Shown piece by piece: positions 27,750 to 41,654 of a stretch of 64,000 bases of DNA. Origin of the DNA: the human T2T-CHM13v2.0 reference genome, Homo sapiens; NCBI RefSeq assembly GCF_009914755.1, contig NC_060926.1. One strand, 5' to 3'. The notes under the pieces are model-generated. The model was not told the DNA's origin, did not search any database, and saw nothing but the letters and a program-made list of their open reading frames with translations. The first letter of the stretch is position 1. Each line of letters starts with the position of its first letter. The translations under genes were made by a program, and so were the position numbers.

Positions 27750-28020
27750 TTGAGTGCTCAGACTAGTGGTACAAGCGATGATTTTTGAGTTAGAAAAATA
27801 AAGATTTGAATCCCAATTCTCCCTTGGACATTTACCCCTGCGTATTACCTTAGCTTTTCATATCATTAATTTTATTTTTCATTAAAAACATGGGAATGTT
27901 ATTCTCATATAGATTATTGTGAAGGTTAATGAGATAACTGCTAGAGTGTGTAACAGAGTTTATGAAGTTGACATTTAGCAATGGCAGCTGTATTATTATT
28001 GTTGTTATTATTATTGTGGT
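27750..28020 (+). mobile_element. MIR relic
   Basis: 'tttgaatcccaattct...ctcatatagattattgtgaaggttaatgagataa...gctgtattattatt'. Confidence 0.75.
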
Positions 28021-28419
28021 TATGATTTTGAAATACTCAGCCTCATATTCATGCCCATTTACATCCCACAGCTCTGGTTTAGTATTCTTACTCCCCCTAT
28101 TTGAATTCTTGAGTTAGTCTCCTGGCTCAACTCCTGCTTCTAATCTCACCTGTCTTTAATTCCTGGTGGAATTATTTTAAAACACAAACCTCATCATACT
28201 ATATCTCTATTTAAGAAAGGAAATTGAGATGTTGCTAATTTTCATGAGCACCTATACACATGAAGCATGTTTCATATGTTCACTTAATTTCCCTTATTCA
28301 TTATAAGCCTAGAGAGGAAAACTTTCCATTTCTATGTTAGGAGATGAAGATGTCAAAATTCAGAGAATTAAGGACTTTCACAAGTAGTTGGCAGAGTTGT
28401 TGAGATCATAAGAGTGCAG

Positions 28420-28918
28420 AGCTTGACTAGTGATTATAGAATGAAACAGAAACTTCTTAGAAAAGCACAGAAGGTATCCTATCTCTTGATCTGATCCTGA
28501 CTTTAAAGTTACCAGCCCCTCCAGCCTCTCATGGCCCTGGGATGAGTCCGGGTATTTCTATGCTTTCACAAAGACTGCTTCTTCTGCTAGTATGTCTCTC
28601 CAACTCTTTCCCCTGAACACCACTGACTGATCTTTTTATGACTCTGCATCAAGAGACGACTTTTTGAAGCTTCCCTGGAATCAGACAATCTTTCTTATTC
28701 CTGGCTCCCAGGGTAACCCATGCTTGAACCTGCACAATTGTTCCAACCCATATTACTATTGTGAGTAGATAAGTTTGCCTCACCCAGAGACATTTCTTCT
28801 AAGGGGAAGGAGTTAAGCCTTGTCTGTCTTTGTGACCGCAGTCCCTAGAACAATGACCAGCACTCAGAAAAATCTCAATAAATATGTGATGAAGGAATCA
28901 ACCACTGAATACATGAAA
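28420..28918 (+). mobile_element. L2 3' relic
   Basis: 'gtccctagaacaatgaccagcactcagaaaaatctcaataaatatgtgatgaaggaat'. Confidence 0.65.
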
Positions 28919-29210
28919 ACAGAGAACAATGAAACTCAGCCCATAGTTCCGCTTGAATTTTACCCAGACTCTGATCATAAAGGAAATTTAAAGCCTTGTC
29001 TTCATCTACTTGAATTTTCTAGTTGAGGGATAAAATCTACAAAGAAACAATCCATGAGACAAAATAACTCAATCAGTACAGGTATTGTTTTTGTTACATT
29101 GGTGATCTAACTTTATTTTGTAATTCCATTGCATAGATGACTAATTATTATACTACAAATTTCCCCAAATACTGCAAAGCAACTAACTAAAATGATTTTA
29201 CAAATTCCTA

Positions 29211-29516
<306 letters not shown>

Positions 29517-29583
29517 TTTTTTCCTGAGCAATATTTATCTATAAGTATATGGAAAAAGATGCAAAATCAATTAATGCAAAGAA

Positions 29584-29690
29584 AACATACATAACTTTAC
29601 ATAACATACATACATAACATAACATACGTAACAAAACATAACATAACATACATAACATACAAACTTTTACATAACAAAAAAATACGTAAC
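29584..29690. repeat. Degenerate (ACATA)n simple repeat
   Basis: Direct reading. Confidence 0.85.
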
Positions 29691-31859
29691 ATTAACTTAT
29701 ATATAAAACTGAAAATAAGAGAAAGATGAATATAAATCATATTCATAAATATATGTGGAAAATAGGTAAAATGAGTAATAGTGGTTATAAAAAGGTTATG
29801 CGGGTCATCCTGGAGGTGGGTTTAGAGAACGAGAATGCTCAGGACTTCGGAGGGCTAGGATGCAAGCTCTCCCAGAAGTAACTAAATCTGACACTTCTGG
29901 TTACTTCTCTTTCTTAAAATATTTGAATGACTTTATAAGAAAGCCTAATGATTCACTATCTTTCTTTTTCCTTCTGTAAAGTACCTGGAAGGCCCTACAA
30001 TTCACCCGCTCTGCCCTCACTAAGCCTTACTTTCACCCGGTGCACATGGTGTGGCTGCTTGCCTCTTCCTCCCCTTAGTTAAAACTTAATTCATCCAGTC
30101 TGGGTGGAAGCACAAATGAGTCTAAGCATTTCTTTTTTCTCAGCAAAAACAGCTCATTTTACTTAGTTTGAGGAATCCTAAATAGATCAAACACCAAGAG
30201 CAGGAACTTATCTCTATAGAAGTCAAGTAGAGTTAGGAGAGGATGCCTAAGTCTTTAATAAAATTGGCTTTATTTTCCTGTAACTTCATCTCTGGAATAA
30301 AAGACATTATATACAGGCAAATAAATACACACATACATACAAACTTACATACATATTAAGGAACACCTTTCCACTTGCTAATTCATACCTGGCTTCCTAG
30401 TAATGGTCTGTGTGTTCCAGAACGTCAAAATTAAATCCGTAATTTTCATTAATGAAGAACTCCATTTTTCAAATTAAGCGCAATATGACATATGACAGCA
30501 CACCTCTAATTCAGTGTTTTATGCCAATACTTGCCTTTCTCTGGAAATAATGAGAGATCTCCACATGACAGTCTCCTGGGGAAGTGATTTGGCCACTAGT
30601 GACAGAGAGAAAGGAAATGAGCTGAGTGGATAATGCAGGAAGGAGTCACAGGCTTCGCTTGACAGGGTATTAATCTGAAGTTGTTTTTTTTTTTCTCATG
30701 CCAGTTTATAATGATGATGTGGTAACTGATGAATGTAGTCTATTTTAATGGGATGCTGTTTTTTTCAATGTCTTCACTATCTTTACTTTCATGATGATTT
30801 CATGCAGTACTTCCATGTAGTGTGCTTCATTATAATACACTGTTTTGGTTACTAACACTACTTAAGATAATAGAATGAAATCAAATTAGGAACTTTGAAG
30901 CAGGGGGAATTGAAGAGGAAAACTTACATACTGTTTGTCTCATGTCGAGCGGCATAAAGTGGTTTTCTAAAATAAGAAAGAAAGACATACAGAAATAAAA
31001 TTTTTTAAAGGGAAATAAAAAAGGAAAGAAGGTAAAGAAAGAAAAGAGGGAGAGAGGAAGAAAGAAAGAAGGAAGGCAGCCATTTCATGTTGGTTCACAG
31101 AAGTGAGATAGTGTATATAGCACACAGGCAGTAATACAAAATAAAGCTTAAAATAGAACATTATCCCTACAGTTGAAATGAAAGCAAGCATTTCTGCCTT
31201 CCTCTTCCATCACAGAAACCAGTAATATCCTCTCAAGTTAAACTTAATAGGCCTTTCATTCAATTCAAATATTCAAAATTTGTGTTGCAATTATTTGAGG
31301 AGGAAAATTATAAGACGCTCATGCAAATATCATTAATATTGGAGTCATTTTACAAAAAGTCCAAGGGAGTTTACATGCCATCACTGTAACAAGAGCTGTT
31401 AATGAGGTTTCAAATGCCTGAAATCAAAATTTCTTTATGGGAAAACATGCCATTACAAATAGTAAACCAGCCTGTCTTGCATGAACTATGGCTTTGAATG
31501 CTTTTACTCTTTGCATGCTATTTTTGCAGTGATGGTGAGTTTCTGGACTGTAGCTACTAATTCACATATTAGTGTCTCTACATCTGGACCACATCAGCAA
31601 ATACAAGGCATTAAGATATTCACTACCCCTCACTAGTATCACTGACATGACTAAATAGGCACATCACTCTTCTCTGTTGAGGTCAAATTTAACCCTTTAA
31701 GCTTTGGTATCACAGTTTGCCATTATCAGCTGAATAGATGTGCTATTGGAATAAAATGTATTTGCTACCCAGGGTCTAGAATGGTGACTTCTTGAGGTCA
31801 CCATTATTTCTAACCATAATAAAGTAGTATCAATATGGTAGGTTGAGTATTCTAACATC

Positions 31860-32250
31860 TGAATCTTTGTGTGGGCTTCTTTTCTCTGCCAGAAATTCCC
31901 TTACTCAATTTTACCTTTTTTTTCTATCAATGTTAAGCTGTCTTTAAAACTTCAGCTCAGATATCTCCTCTTTCATGAAGCTTTAATACATACATATTTT
32001 AAATTTTGGGTTCTTCTGAATTGAGTTGGCTGGGTTGGCTGCCCCTCTACAATCATATAGCAATGCCTTGTGATTGGAGCACCTAACTCATTCTATTATA
32101 ATTTTTTTTGTTTGTTTTTTGTCTGTCACTCCCCCTAGACTGTGAAGTCCTGGAGGGCAAGGATTCTCCTTTATCTGTCTCTGCTTTCCTGCCCAGTACC
32201 TACTCTGGTGGATAGCGTGCAGTTGATACAGCCCTGGGAGGAAGCTATTG
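31860..32250 (+). mobile_element. L2 (L2b/c-like) 3' relic
   Basis: 'ttcagctcagatatctcctc...ctagactgtgaagtcctggagggcaagga'. Confidence 0.75.
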
Positions 32251-33466
32251 TGTGAAGGAGTGATAAATGCAGACAGTCTGATTGTTTGAATCTCAAAACA
32301 TTAATTTTGTACTAATCATGGTTGAGCCATCAATGGCAAACCTAACACTCTGCTCAGAGAAAGATGGCACAAAAGAATGATGACACACATACCTCAAAAA
32401 GTACTTGTCCAGGGAAGTAATTTCTCACTTGTGAGATTTTCAAGGTTATTTTGCAAGTCAATTTATGTGTGTTTCTAATTGGGATGCTTAATAAAGAGCA
32501 GGTGCTTGCTTTTGAGCTTCTGTTCTTATTTCTCATTTATTTCTTTAATTTCTTGTCTTGAGATGGCCCTCCTAGGTAATCCCAGATAAAACAATGATCT
32601 ATCACTTCCAGTTATGATGTTCAAATATGTAATTGCAAATATTGAAAAAGAAATAAAATTCTGAATACTATGTGATATTTATTTCATATGTCCTTGTATA
32701 TCTCATTCCAGGGATTATACTGCTTAAAGATTCATGAATAATAGTTTTTCTTCATTTCCTCTGTTGAGGTCTATAAGGTCAGATTTGATTTGCGCTTGCC
32801 AACGTCTAAATGGGTTCCAGTACCATTTCAACTGATGTGTTATTCTTAATTTATTCATTTTTGAATGTTTAAGCTGTCCGACCTAGTATTAATTTACTGG
32901 CCTTATGTCAAGCCATTTTGCTGTGTCAGAGTCAATTCTTGGAATATTGAATGTGCTTCACAGGATAAACGTAAAGAATGTTTATATAAAACTCCATTTT
33001 ATGATGTACTTGCCCTGACTTTATTTTCTTGTTGATGCAGTTTTTCTCTGAACTCACCTGCAGAATTTGCTATTAAAAATCCAATCAGATGGAGATTAGA
33101 AATGAGTGAGAATAAACATGATGGCTAACTGTGGCTGTGTGTTGATCCAGAATCAAACTTGCTAATTTTGAAAATTGATCACTCACCAGATGATGTCTGA
33201 TTGATTGTCATCATCCAATCAGTAAATTATGTACTGAAAATAGACAATAATTGATTAGGTAGTAAGTAGTTTTTGTTAATTCTTTTTGTTTTGCTTTGCT
33301 TTGCCTTAACCTGCTTTACTTACAAATTTTATCCAAGACAATGTATCCATTAAAAACATAGAAATTAGGAAAAAGTGCCTTTATCTGTAAAGCATTTATG
33401 TATCTACCACATTCAGTCACTATTAATGTTGTGTTGTAGAATATTTCATATATATATATGTACACA

Positions 33467-33549
33467 CAGATTGAGCATCACAAATAAAAAAATCTGAAAT
33501 TCAAAACAACCCTGGTCCCAAGCATTTCAGATAAGGGATGCTCACCCTG
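33467..33549. mobile_element. Tigger4/MER46 miniature (about 83 bp)
   Basis: TIRs 'cagattgagcatc' / 'gatgctcaccctg' followed by TA; internal 'ggtcccaagcatttcagataaggg'. Confidence 0.8.
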
Positions 33550-34107
33550 TATGTCTGTGTGTGTATGTGTGTGTGCACATATGTGTATATGTTTGTGTGT
33601 CTGTGTATATATATGGTGCTGCATAAGGTATACAACTACATTTTATCCTATTATCATTTTTACCATAATAATTTTTATGCACCATCAAAATATTTCACTA
33701 ATGTACTATTGATAGCCATTTAGAAGTCTTCATAACAAGATTTGTGGTTATAAATAATTGTGTACATCTATCTTGTTTTGTAGTAATGCTTTAGAATATA
33801 TTCCCAAATGTGAATTTAATGCCGCACAGGTTATTAACATATGAAAAAACGTTGATACACAAGAACTAATGGATTTCAAGAACTAATATAGACCGCCTCT
33901 GTTACGACTATTTTTATTTAACTTTCTGACTTAATTCTTGCATGACCTGATCATAGTTTCAGAGAAGCATAATAATTTCAACAAGAAATCATCCTGTCCC
34001 ACTCTTTACTTTTTTATTCATTAAATTATGTTGTGGGATATCAGGAATTTGCTGAGAATTCCCTTCGACTGGGTGAACGTTTGCAAAAAGCCACACCATC
34101 CTTGGAC

Positions 34108-34600
34108 TGTAGCATGGTGTGCTGGATAGAGCCAGGGTAAGGACTCAAACAGACCCAAGTTTTCATAACAGATCTAATATTTACGAACGGTGTAAGTTCT
34201 GCAAATTACTTAACCTCTGGGAAAACCAGATTCCTCCTTTGTAAAATGGATATTCATGTTTTTCTCCTGCATTCATACACTCAATTATTTATTCAAAAAT
34301 ATGAGTTGAGTTGCTTCTATCATCTTGGCATTATTCTAGGTGTTTGGGATGGAGGAGTTAACAAAATAATCAAACATTTTGGCTTCATGGAGCTGACAGT
34401 GCAGTGGGAGACAGAGACAATAAAGAGATAAAAAATAAAAAATAGAATGCTATGAAGAAAAATTAAAAAGAGTGAAAAAGAGAGGCCTGGGAGGCCTTTC
34501 ACATGTAGTCGAGGGAAGGTAGTTCTGAAGGGTATATTAACTGCAAGGGATCCACCAAAATGAAGTGACTCAATGAAGTTATGGGCATATCCAGGGCATC
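34108..34600. mobile_element. MIR (+, ~34108-34260) abutting an L2 3' relic (-, ~34265-34600)
   Basis: MIR 'gcaaattacttaacctctg...ttcctcctttgtaaaatgg'; L2 'cattcatacactcaattatttattcaaaaatat...catggagctgacagtgcagtgggagacagagacaataaa'. Confidence 0.7.
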
Positions 34601-34889
34601 TTCCTCTCCCCACTCTGGGATTTGTGTGTTTCTTTGGTCTGACTCACCAACAGAAGAAGCTTTTGGAGCAAGACGAGATTAATTCATACTACTGGTCTTG
34701 AGAAGACACTTAAATTAGTCAAGTCCTCTCTCAGGATGTTTCTTTCCTTTCCCTGTTGATTCCCTACATTTCTGGGAAAGAAGCTGGATGAATTGAATGG
34801 AGGTGCTTGCTGAGAATCCAGCTCATTCCTTGTTAGAATGTATTAGAAAATACAGGTTAAATGCAGATTGAGGGACTCCAGACATGGAA

Positions 34890-35105
34890 TGTAAGGGGAT
34901 CTGGAGTCTGAAATGTGTGTCTAAATTTGGGCCTGCTTACTGATGAGGATGTAAGTTGGAGCAAGTGACCTCTCCTTTTGCAATCTTATTACTCTCATCT
35001 ACATAATGGTGTTGACAACATCCACTTTTCATGGTTGCTGTGGAGATCAGATAAAATAGTGCTGAGCACAGACAAATAATAAAGGATTGGCAACTATTAT
35101 TATTG
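34890..35105 (+). mobile_element. MIR relic
   Basis: 'gagcaagtgacctctcc...ctcatct...catggttgctgtggagatcagataa'. Confidence 0.65.
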
Positions 35106-37802
35106 CTATGAATAATCTGAATGAAGTCTATATTTTATCACTTTGACAACTCCTGAGAGCCTTTTGAGGCATTGTGAAGAACGATGTTGGAAGCCCTGGA
35201 TACTGTTGAGGGGAAACACCTCATTTCACTTTTGAGAAAACTGGCTCACAGGGATGGCCCGGTCAGTCAAGTGCCTAAATGTCTCCTTCTTCCCAGCACA
35301 GCCTCTCACCACTGTGGAATTCCTGGATGTCTCTTAATCTTTGTAATTATGCCTTTACCTGGCACTCCTATCTAGCAATTTCCAAACTTTTAGATGCCTA
35401 GTTTCTCGTTAAAACACTACAGTGTGCCCAAGCTGACAGCATCACCTTTGCATATGCTTTTTGTTAGGATTCTGAAGAGCTTCTTTCTTGCTGCTTTTTG
35501 CTCCTAATTATGGCCAGCTGTAAACTAATTAACCTCTCTAGGTGCCTCCCGGGAGGTGACAGTGCTTGGCAGCCAGGACAACGGCAGCACTACAGCTGGG
35601 AATAAATGATAACAAAGCATATTGATTCCCCAAGCCTGCTGACCACGTGATTTCCTCACCAGCTCCTTGCTAGCAGAGATAAGAAAAGCAATCAAGAGCA
35701 AAGCATGGCAATGATGATGGTGAAGGACTTAAATGTTCTTAGTGTTTCAACTTTGTTCCACGGTCTAATGTCTAACCAGAGTACTCTGCAAATTAATGAA
35801 ACAATGAACTGATTAATGAATGATTGAATACAAGAATGCAGTGACATGGTGTAAAACCAAGTGACCCACTCAAAGGTATCTGTGCATGCATTGTCCACCC
35901 TGTTGCAAGGGCTTAGCTAGGTCCTGGGTTCTTGGAGCTGGGCAGTGGATGTAAAGAGAAAAGGCAAGGGGCTGCAACCCTCAAGGAATGTGAACTCTGA
36001 TTCAAGGGATAGGAGAGTAATTCCACTTCCAAACTCCTGTGAAGAGGCTGCCTCTGTGTTTTATGTGTTTTGTTCTTAAGCTGATGTCTCTTTCACCTTT
36101 TCTGTCCGTGTGTATTTATGTGTATGTGTGTTCTTTTATTTCTAAATTTCTTTTTAAATTTATTTGAATTTCTTCCCTTCCAGCTGCTTCTGGGAACAAG
36201 TCATGCCTTGTATAACATGGTATCTTAAGATGCTTTTATTGGAATTTGTGCATAAAAGGTAATTGTATTGTTCTACTGCTGGGTAGAAGAATAAAAAAAT
36301 TGTCTCCTCTCCCCTGAGTATCACCTATGAACTGAAATTTTAAGGCTATTGGAGTGGGGAGTGTGTACCTTTGCACAAAATCCTGAAGCATAAAGGTCTA
36401 ACTACATTTATTTCTTTGAGGAAATGTTGTAAGCAATTTTTGACCTCAATTTCTATAAATACAATAAGGGCATGCCCCTTCTTGTCCCTTCTCAATGTTG
36501 AAAGAACTTGGGATGATGTACAGAGTTCTTACCTCATTAAGCCCCAGACTCCCTCGGATATCACTTAATCTTCCTGTCTGCATGTGAGACAATGCAGGCC
36601 CAAATGATTGAGGTGAGTTGTCCAAGATCCCAGGCTATGTGGCAGATAAATGGTGTTAAATTTAATCTACTGCCTTTCTTGTGATATTCTGAAACAGGAA
36701 CCTCTTACTCTATTAGTTAAATTCTAACAAATAATGAGAATTTGCTTTCTTGTTTTGGTTGGGCATATTGGGTTCAATATGATCTTACTGCACATATTAT
36801 ACAAAAAGAACTTCTCTTTTAAAAATATAAAAAATATATACAAATATACAGAATACATACAAAAGCATACAAAATATATACATCAATATACACAGTAATT
36901 ATGCTTTGTGAAAAGCTTAATCATATATGTTGACTTTGTAGCATTTCAGAATTTATCTTCTAGATGCTTTCTACATAATTGATGTCACCAGATGCCTTAA
37001 CTGTAGTTAGACTGTCCATGACTAATTGTCCCAAATGGAAATTTCACTCTATTATGTTTATAAAATAGAGAAATAACACTCTCTTTATATATTTGTGTGT
37101 ATATATTTTTATATATAATTATTAAAGTGAATATTAAAATATACAATAATTTAACGACATTTCTCATTACTTTTCAATGCTCCCTGGACCAAGTTTTATT
37201 TCTAGCCTGATTCTAACACGTTTTGAAACTTAGCGGTTCTCAAACTAGAGTTCCCAAGACCACAGGTCTGCAGAGTATTCCTAAATATATTACTAAGACA
37301 GAAATCCCAAATTAGTTTGAGACACACAAGATTAGACAAATTTGAACAAGTCCATTTTCTGTGAGACTGCTGAACCTTTAATCTCAATACTGACATTATG
37401 AAATCTCAAATAGGGTATTATATGCTATGATTTCCAAACTTATTTGACCAGTACTCTGTTCCCTTGGAATACGTAATAGCATTTTTGGTTTTTAATATGT
37501 GCTACAAACTGAGAAAGTCTGGCCCAAATATTCCTGTGGACCTTGGCTTATCTGAAGCTCTAATACCCTGTGCAAATTTTATTTGCTTTGCCTAATTAAG
37601 GAAATGACTGTGGCATCCCTCTTCATTGTCCTCCATATCGCAGACATGGTGGACCCTGATGGCAATTCCCATGCGGCAGGCTAGGTCCTATTTAGATCTC
37701 CCATAGTTCTCAGGAAATACCTTAAGATACCTACCTTCTTTGTAACTTCCCGAAGTTCCTGAGTGTTTTTTGTTTTTGTTTCTTTTTCTCTCCCACCTCT
37801 AG

Positions 37803-38169
<367 letters not shown>

Positions 38170-39607
38170 TACTCAATCCAATTCCTTTTACTCAACACGG
38201 ACTCCTCAGCAGGGTGCCAAAGACCCAGCCTGAGGTGATATGCTGCCTCTACTCACTCACTGACTACAGTATGAGCCTCTGACATAAGATTTAACTTGCT
38301 TTCTGATAGAAGCTACTTTGCTTCTAAAAATCTTGAAATGGTGAAATTCCTGGTCATACAAGACTTTTTCATGACACAAAAACAAGAGTCAATGGTCTAA
38401 TTTTTTTATCTATGAAATCTTTTCTATTACTTCACAATCATGTGAGTAGTTTTATTTAAAAAATGATCTTATGGACAAAGAAATGTAGTTTTGTAGGAAT
38501 GGGTTAATGTAAATTAATTTTTAATTATTCAAGTATAGAAAGATAACTTTAATCATTAACATTACACTGTGAAATACTTTTGGTTTTATTATTTTTAGGA
38601 ATATTATTAATGTCAAATGTTAAAAAATCAATTCAGTTAGAAAATGCCTCACAAATATTGCTTCAATGAATAAACATATTTTCTTGGATTAGCACTCAAT
38701 CACAGGCAAACCATTGTCTTTTCATTGTTGTTTTACTTTCCTTTCCTAGAGAGGATAAATATCCCCTTTGCCGTCTTCTTCACCCTATCTATTTGCTTAG
38801 TAAGCATTTGTTATATTAAATGCTGAAATAAAGCTCTGTCTGCCCTAAGACTTGATGTATTTTCATCCTTAGGAGCAAAGCATTTGTCTGTGTTGTACCC
38901 AATGAAAAGGATAATTAAATCTCTTAGGAATTAGTGCCTAAACATATACCTCAAATTGAATACAGTAACTTGAATACAGGGACAAGAAATAATGACTTAT
39001 AATTATATGAAGTAATTTTCCAAGGACTTCAAAGACAAACTGCAATATTACTGAATTTATCCTGAATTTTACTGCACGTTCCATATGCAAGCAGAGATCT
39101 CATAAACTTTCTCTGACAGACCTCTTTTCATTCCTCTGAAGGACAACTTCAGAAGTTACGCTGTGGTTCTTTTTGTTTGCACATCTCTCTGATCTCTGTG
39201 GAATGAGTGGCTGAGAAATAGATGCACCAGAGTACATTTAAGTAAAAATTTGTTAATATTGAAATAAATAAAATTTTTAATTGAAACTTGCAACCAAAGA
39301 TTTCCCTGTGAGTCCCCAAAATTATAACAAAAATGCTGGCTGAGAACCATACTATGGTAGAATTTTGTGTATTTTATGCCATCAATAATTTTCTTGAATA
39401 CTTACCTTAGGAATAAATGCTTACTTTTCCAAAAACATAAAATTTGTACTTATAGACAATCTTTTATTATAGTTACACTTCATTATTAAGTGCATTCAGA
39501 ATACAGAAAAAGAAGAAAAATTAAGAATATTAAAAAATTATCTGAAGATCTTTATGCAGGCTCTCTCAATCAAACACACTTGCCAGTACACTAGGAAAAT
39601 AGGCTGC

Positions 39608-39657
39608 TGATATGGTTTGACTGTATCTTCAACCAAATCTCACCTTGAATTGTAGTT
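39608..39657 (+). mobile_element. THE1-type LTR, first ~50 bp only
   Basis: 'tgatatggtttgactgtatcttcaaccaaatctcaccttgaattgtagtt' closely matches the LTR starts at 56719 and 58703 in this window. Confidence 0.85.
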
Positions 39658-39943
39658 GAACTTGAAGTCTGATGTTCAAGGGCAGGATGCATCTAGCATG
39701 GAAGAAAGATGAAGGCCAGGAGACTCAATGAGCCAAGTCCTTCCGTGTTCTTCTGCCTGCTTTATTCTAGCCATGCTGACAGCTGATTAGATGGTGCCCA
39801 CCCAGACTGAGGGTGGGTCTACCTCTCCCAATCCACTGACTCAAATGTTAACCTTTTTTGTGAATGCCCTCACAGACATAACCAAGAGCAATACTTTGCA
39901 TTCTTCTATCCAATCAAGTTGACACTCAGCATTAACCAGTGCA
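39658..39943 (-). mobile_element. MLT2A (ERVL) LTR, 5' half
   Basis: 'gtctgatgttcaagggcagg...gctgattagatggtgcccacccagactgagggtggg...ccactgactcaaatgttaa...ccaatcaagttgacactcagcattaacc'. Confidence 0.9.
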
Positions 39944-40028
39944 GCTAGCATTGTGCTTGGCACATAGTAGACATTTAACATACACATAAGGTAAATCTGA
40001 ATCTATATATTCGGAAGCTATTTTCAAC

Positions 40029-40094
40029 TCTCTCTCTCTCTTTCTCTCTCTCCATCTCTCTCCCTCTCTCTCTCTCTATATATATACACATACA
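40029..40094. repeat. Compound (TC)n(TA)n(CA)n microsatellite
   Basis: Direct reading. Confidence 0.9.
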
Positions 40095-40479
40095 CAGGTG
40101 GTTCTCAATCTACAAATGGGTTACATTCTGATGAACCCACTGTATGTTGAAAATTTCTTAGGTCAAAAATGCGTTTAATACACTTAACCTACCAAATACC
40201 ATAGTTTGGCCTAGCCTACCATAAACATGCTCAGGATGTTTACATTAGCTTACAGTTGGGCAAAATAGTGTAACACGCAAAGCCTTTTTTTATAACAAAG
40301 TGTTTAATATCTCATGTAATTGATCAAATACTGTACTGAAAGTGAAAATAAGTGGTTATATCAGTACTCAAAGTATGGTTTCTGCTAAGTTTTTATCACT
40401 TTCACTTCATTGTAAAGTTGAAAAATTTAAGTCAAACCATTGTTAAGTCATTGAAACATTTTAAGTCGGAGACCATAGG
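40095..40479 (+). mobile_element. MER47A (TcMar-Tigger)
   Basis: 'aatgcgtttaatacacttaacctacc...cctagcctacc...tacagttgggcaaaa...tactgtactgaaagtgaaaa...taagtcggagacc'. Confidence 0.88.
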
Positions 40480-40657
40480 TATATGTGTGTGTGTGTGTGC
40501 ACATACATACAAATACATACATACACAATACACACACACACATATATATATAGAGAGAGAGACATATGCCATATTTGGTATATACAGAAATGTATAGAAA
40601 TATGTATATACACACACACCTATACATTTCTGTATACACACACACACCTACATATGC
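40480..40657. repeat. TG/CA/TA low-complexity tract
   Basis: Direct reading. Confidence 0.88.
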
Positions 40658-41254
40658 AGGCATTATTAAAGAACTTTTTCAATTGAAATAGGGCATGAGG
40701 GATAAAAGGAAGTTGGAGAAATAGCAAAAAAGAATGAGAGAAATTCTAAAAACCAAAACCTTAAGATCTGTGCAAAACTGCTGAATTTCCAATTTCAAAA
40801 AGACTTACTGGAAGGCAATCTTCCTACATTAAATTTCTAGAAATGCTTAATATTTTAAATATCTAAGGCTCCCTTGAGCTTCAACAGGAACATGAAATCA
40901 GACTTGAATTTATTACTGCCAATTACATTGAAAGAATCTAAATGGAAATGAATCGTATTTTTCATGACCCATATGCCAAAGCCAGAGGCATAGCCTCGTG
41001 GAAAAAGACACTATGACCCCAAAACCCCCTTTACTGTGCTTCACAAAATAGGGAGAGACAGGTAACCCACAGGGTCTTGCTGAGTTGCTATGACTAAATA
41101 GGACTGGCCCCACCAGCCTAGGTCAACTCCAGTTCAATTTCACACTTACTGCATGACTGATAGTATTCTACAAGGCTTCGTTTAATGATGCAAAAAGAAT
41201 AAGGTACAGTCCTTGAGCTACTTGGAATTACAGAGATAATATGGCCTTATGTCT

Positions 41255-41500
41255 AATATGCATGTTTTAGAGTTGCACTGCTTGGGTTTAAATCTTTCCT
41301 AAACTCTAATCAGCTCTGAGTCATTGCCCAGGTTATTTAAGCCTCTGGTACTCCGCATGAATATAGAAATGATGATACTACATGCCTGTGTGTATGTTGT
41401 ATGTGTCTGTTTAGGATCTAATATATGTAAAATATTGCAACTTTACAGAGTTATGCCACAACCGTATAAAATTCTTAATGTTTGACTATTTTTATCTACA
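41255..41500 (+). mobile_element. MIR relic
   Basis: 'tgggtttaaatct...ccaggttatttaagcctctg'. Confidence 0.6.
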
Positions 41501-41654
41501 AAAGTGCAAATTCCTCATGGTTAAACCAAGTAATAAGTTATCAGTAAATTGTAGCAATTATTAACAAACTGTATAGAGAGGTTGGTTTTGTCTATCAAAT
41601 AACTAGAATATGCACCAATATTTTACATAATCAACAATAAAAACCTGGTAACAC

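Noticed and set aside
29584-29690. Repeat arrays as CRISPR-like structures (also 36820-36895)
   Set aside because: They are short degenerate simple repeats with no unique spacers, in a eukaryotic context with no cas genes.
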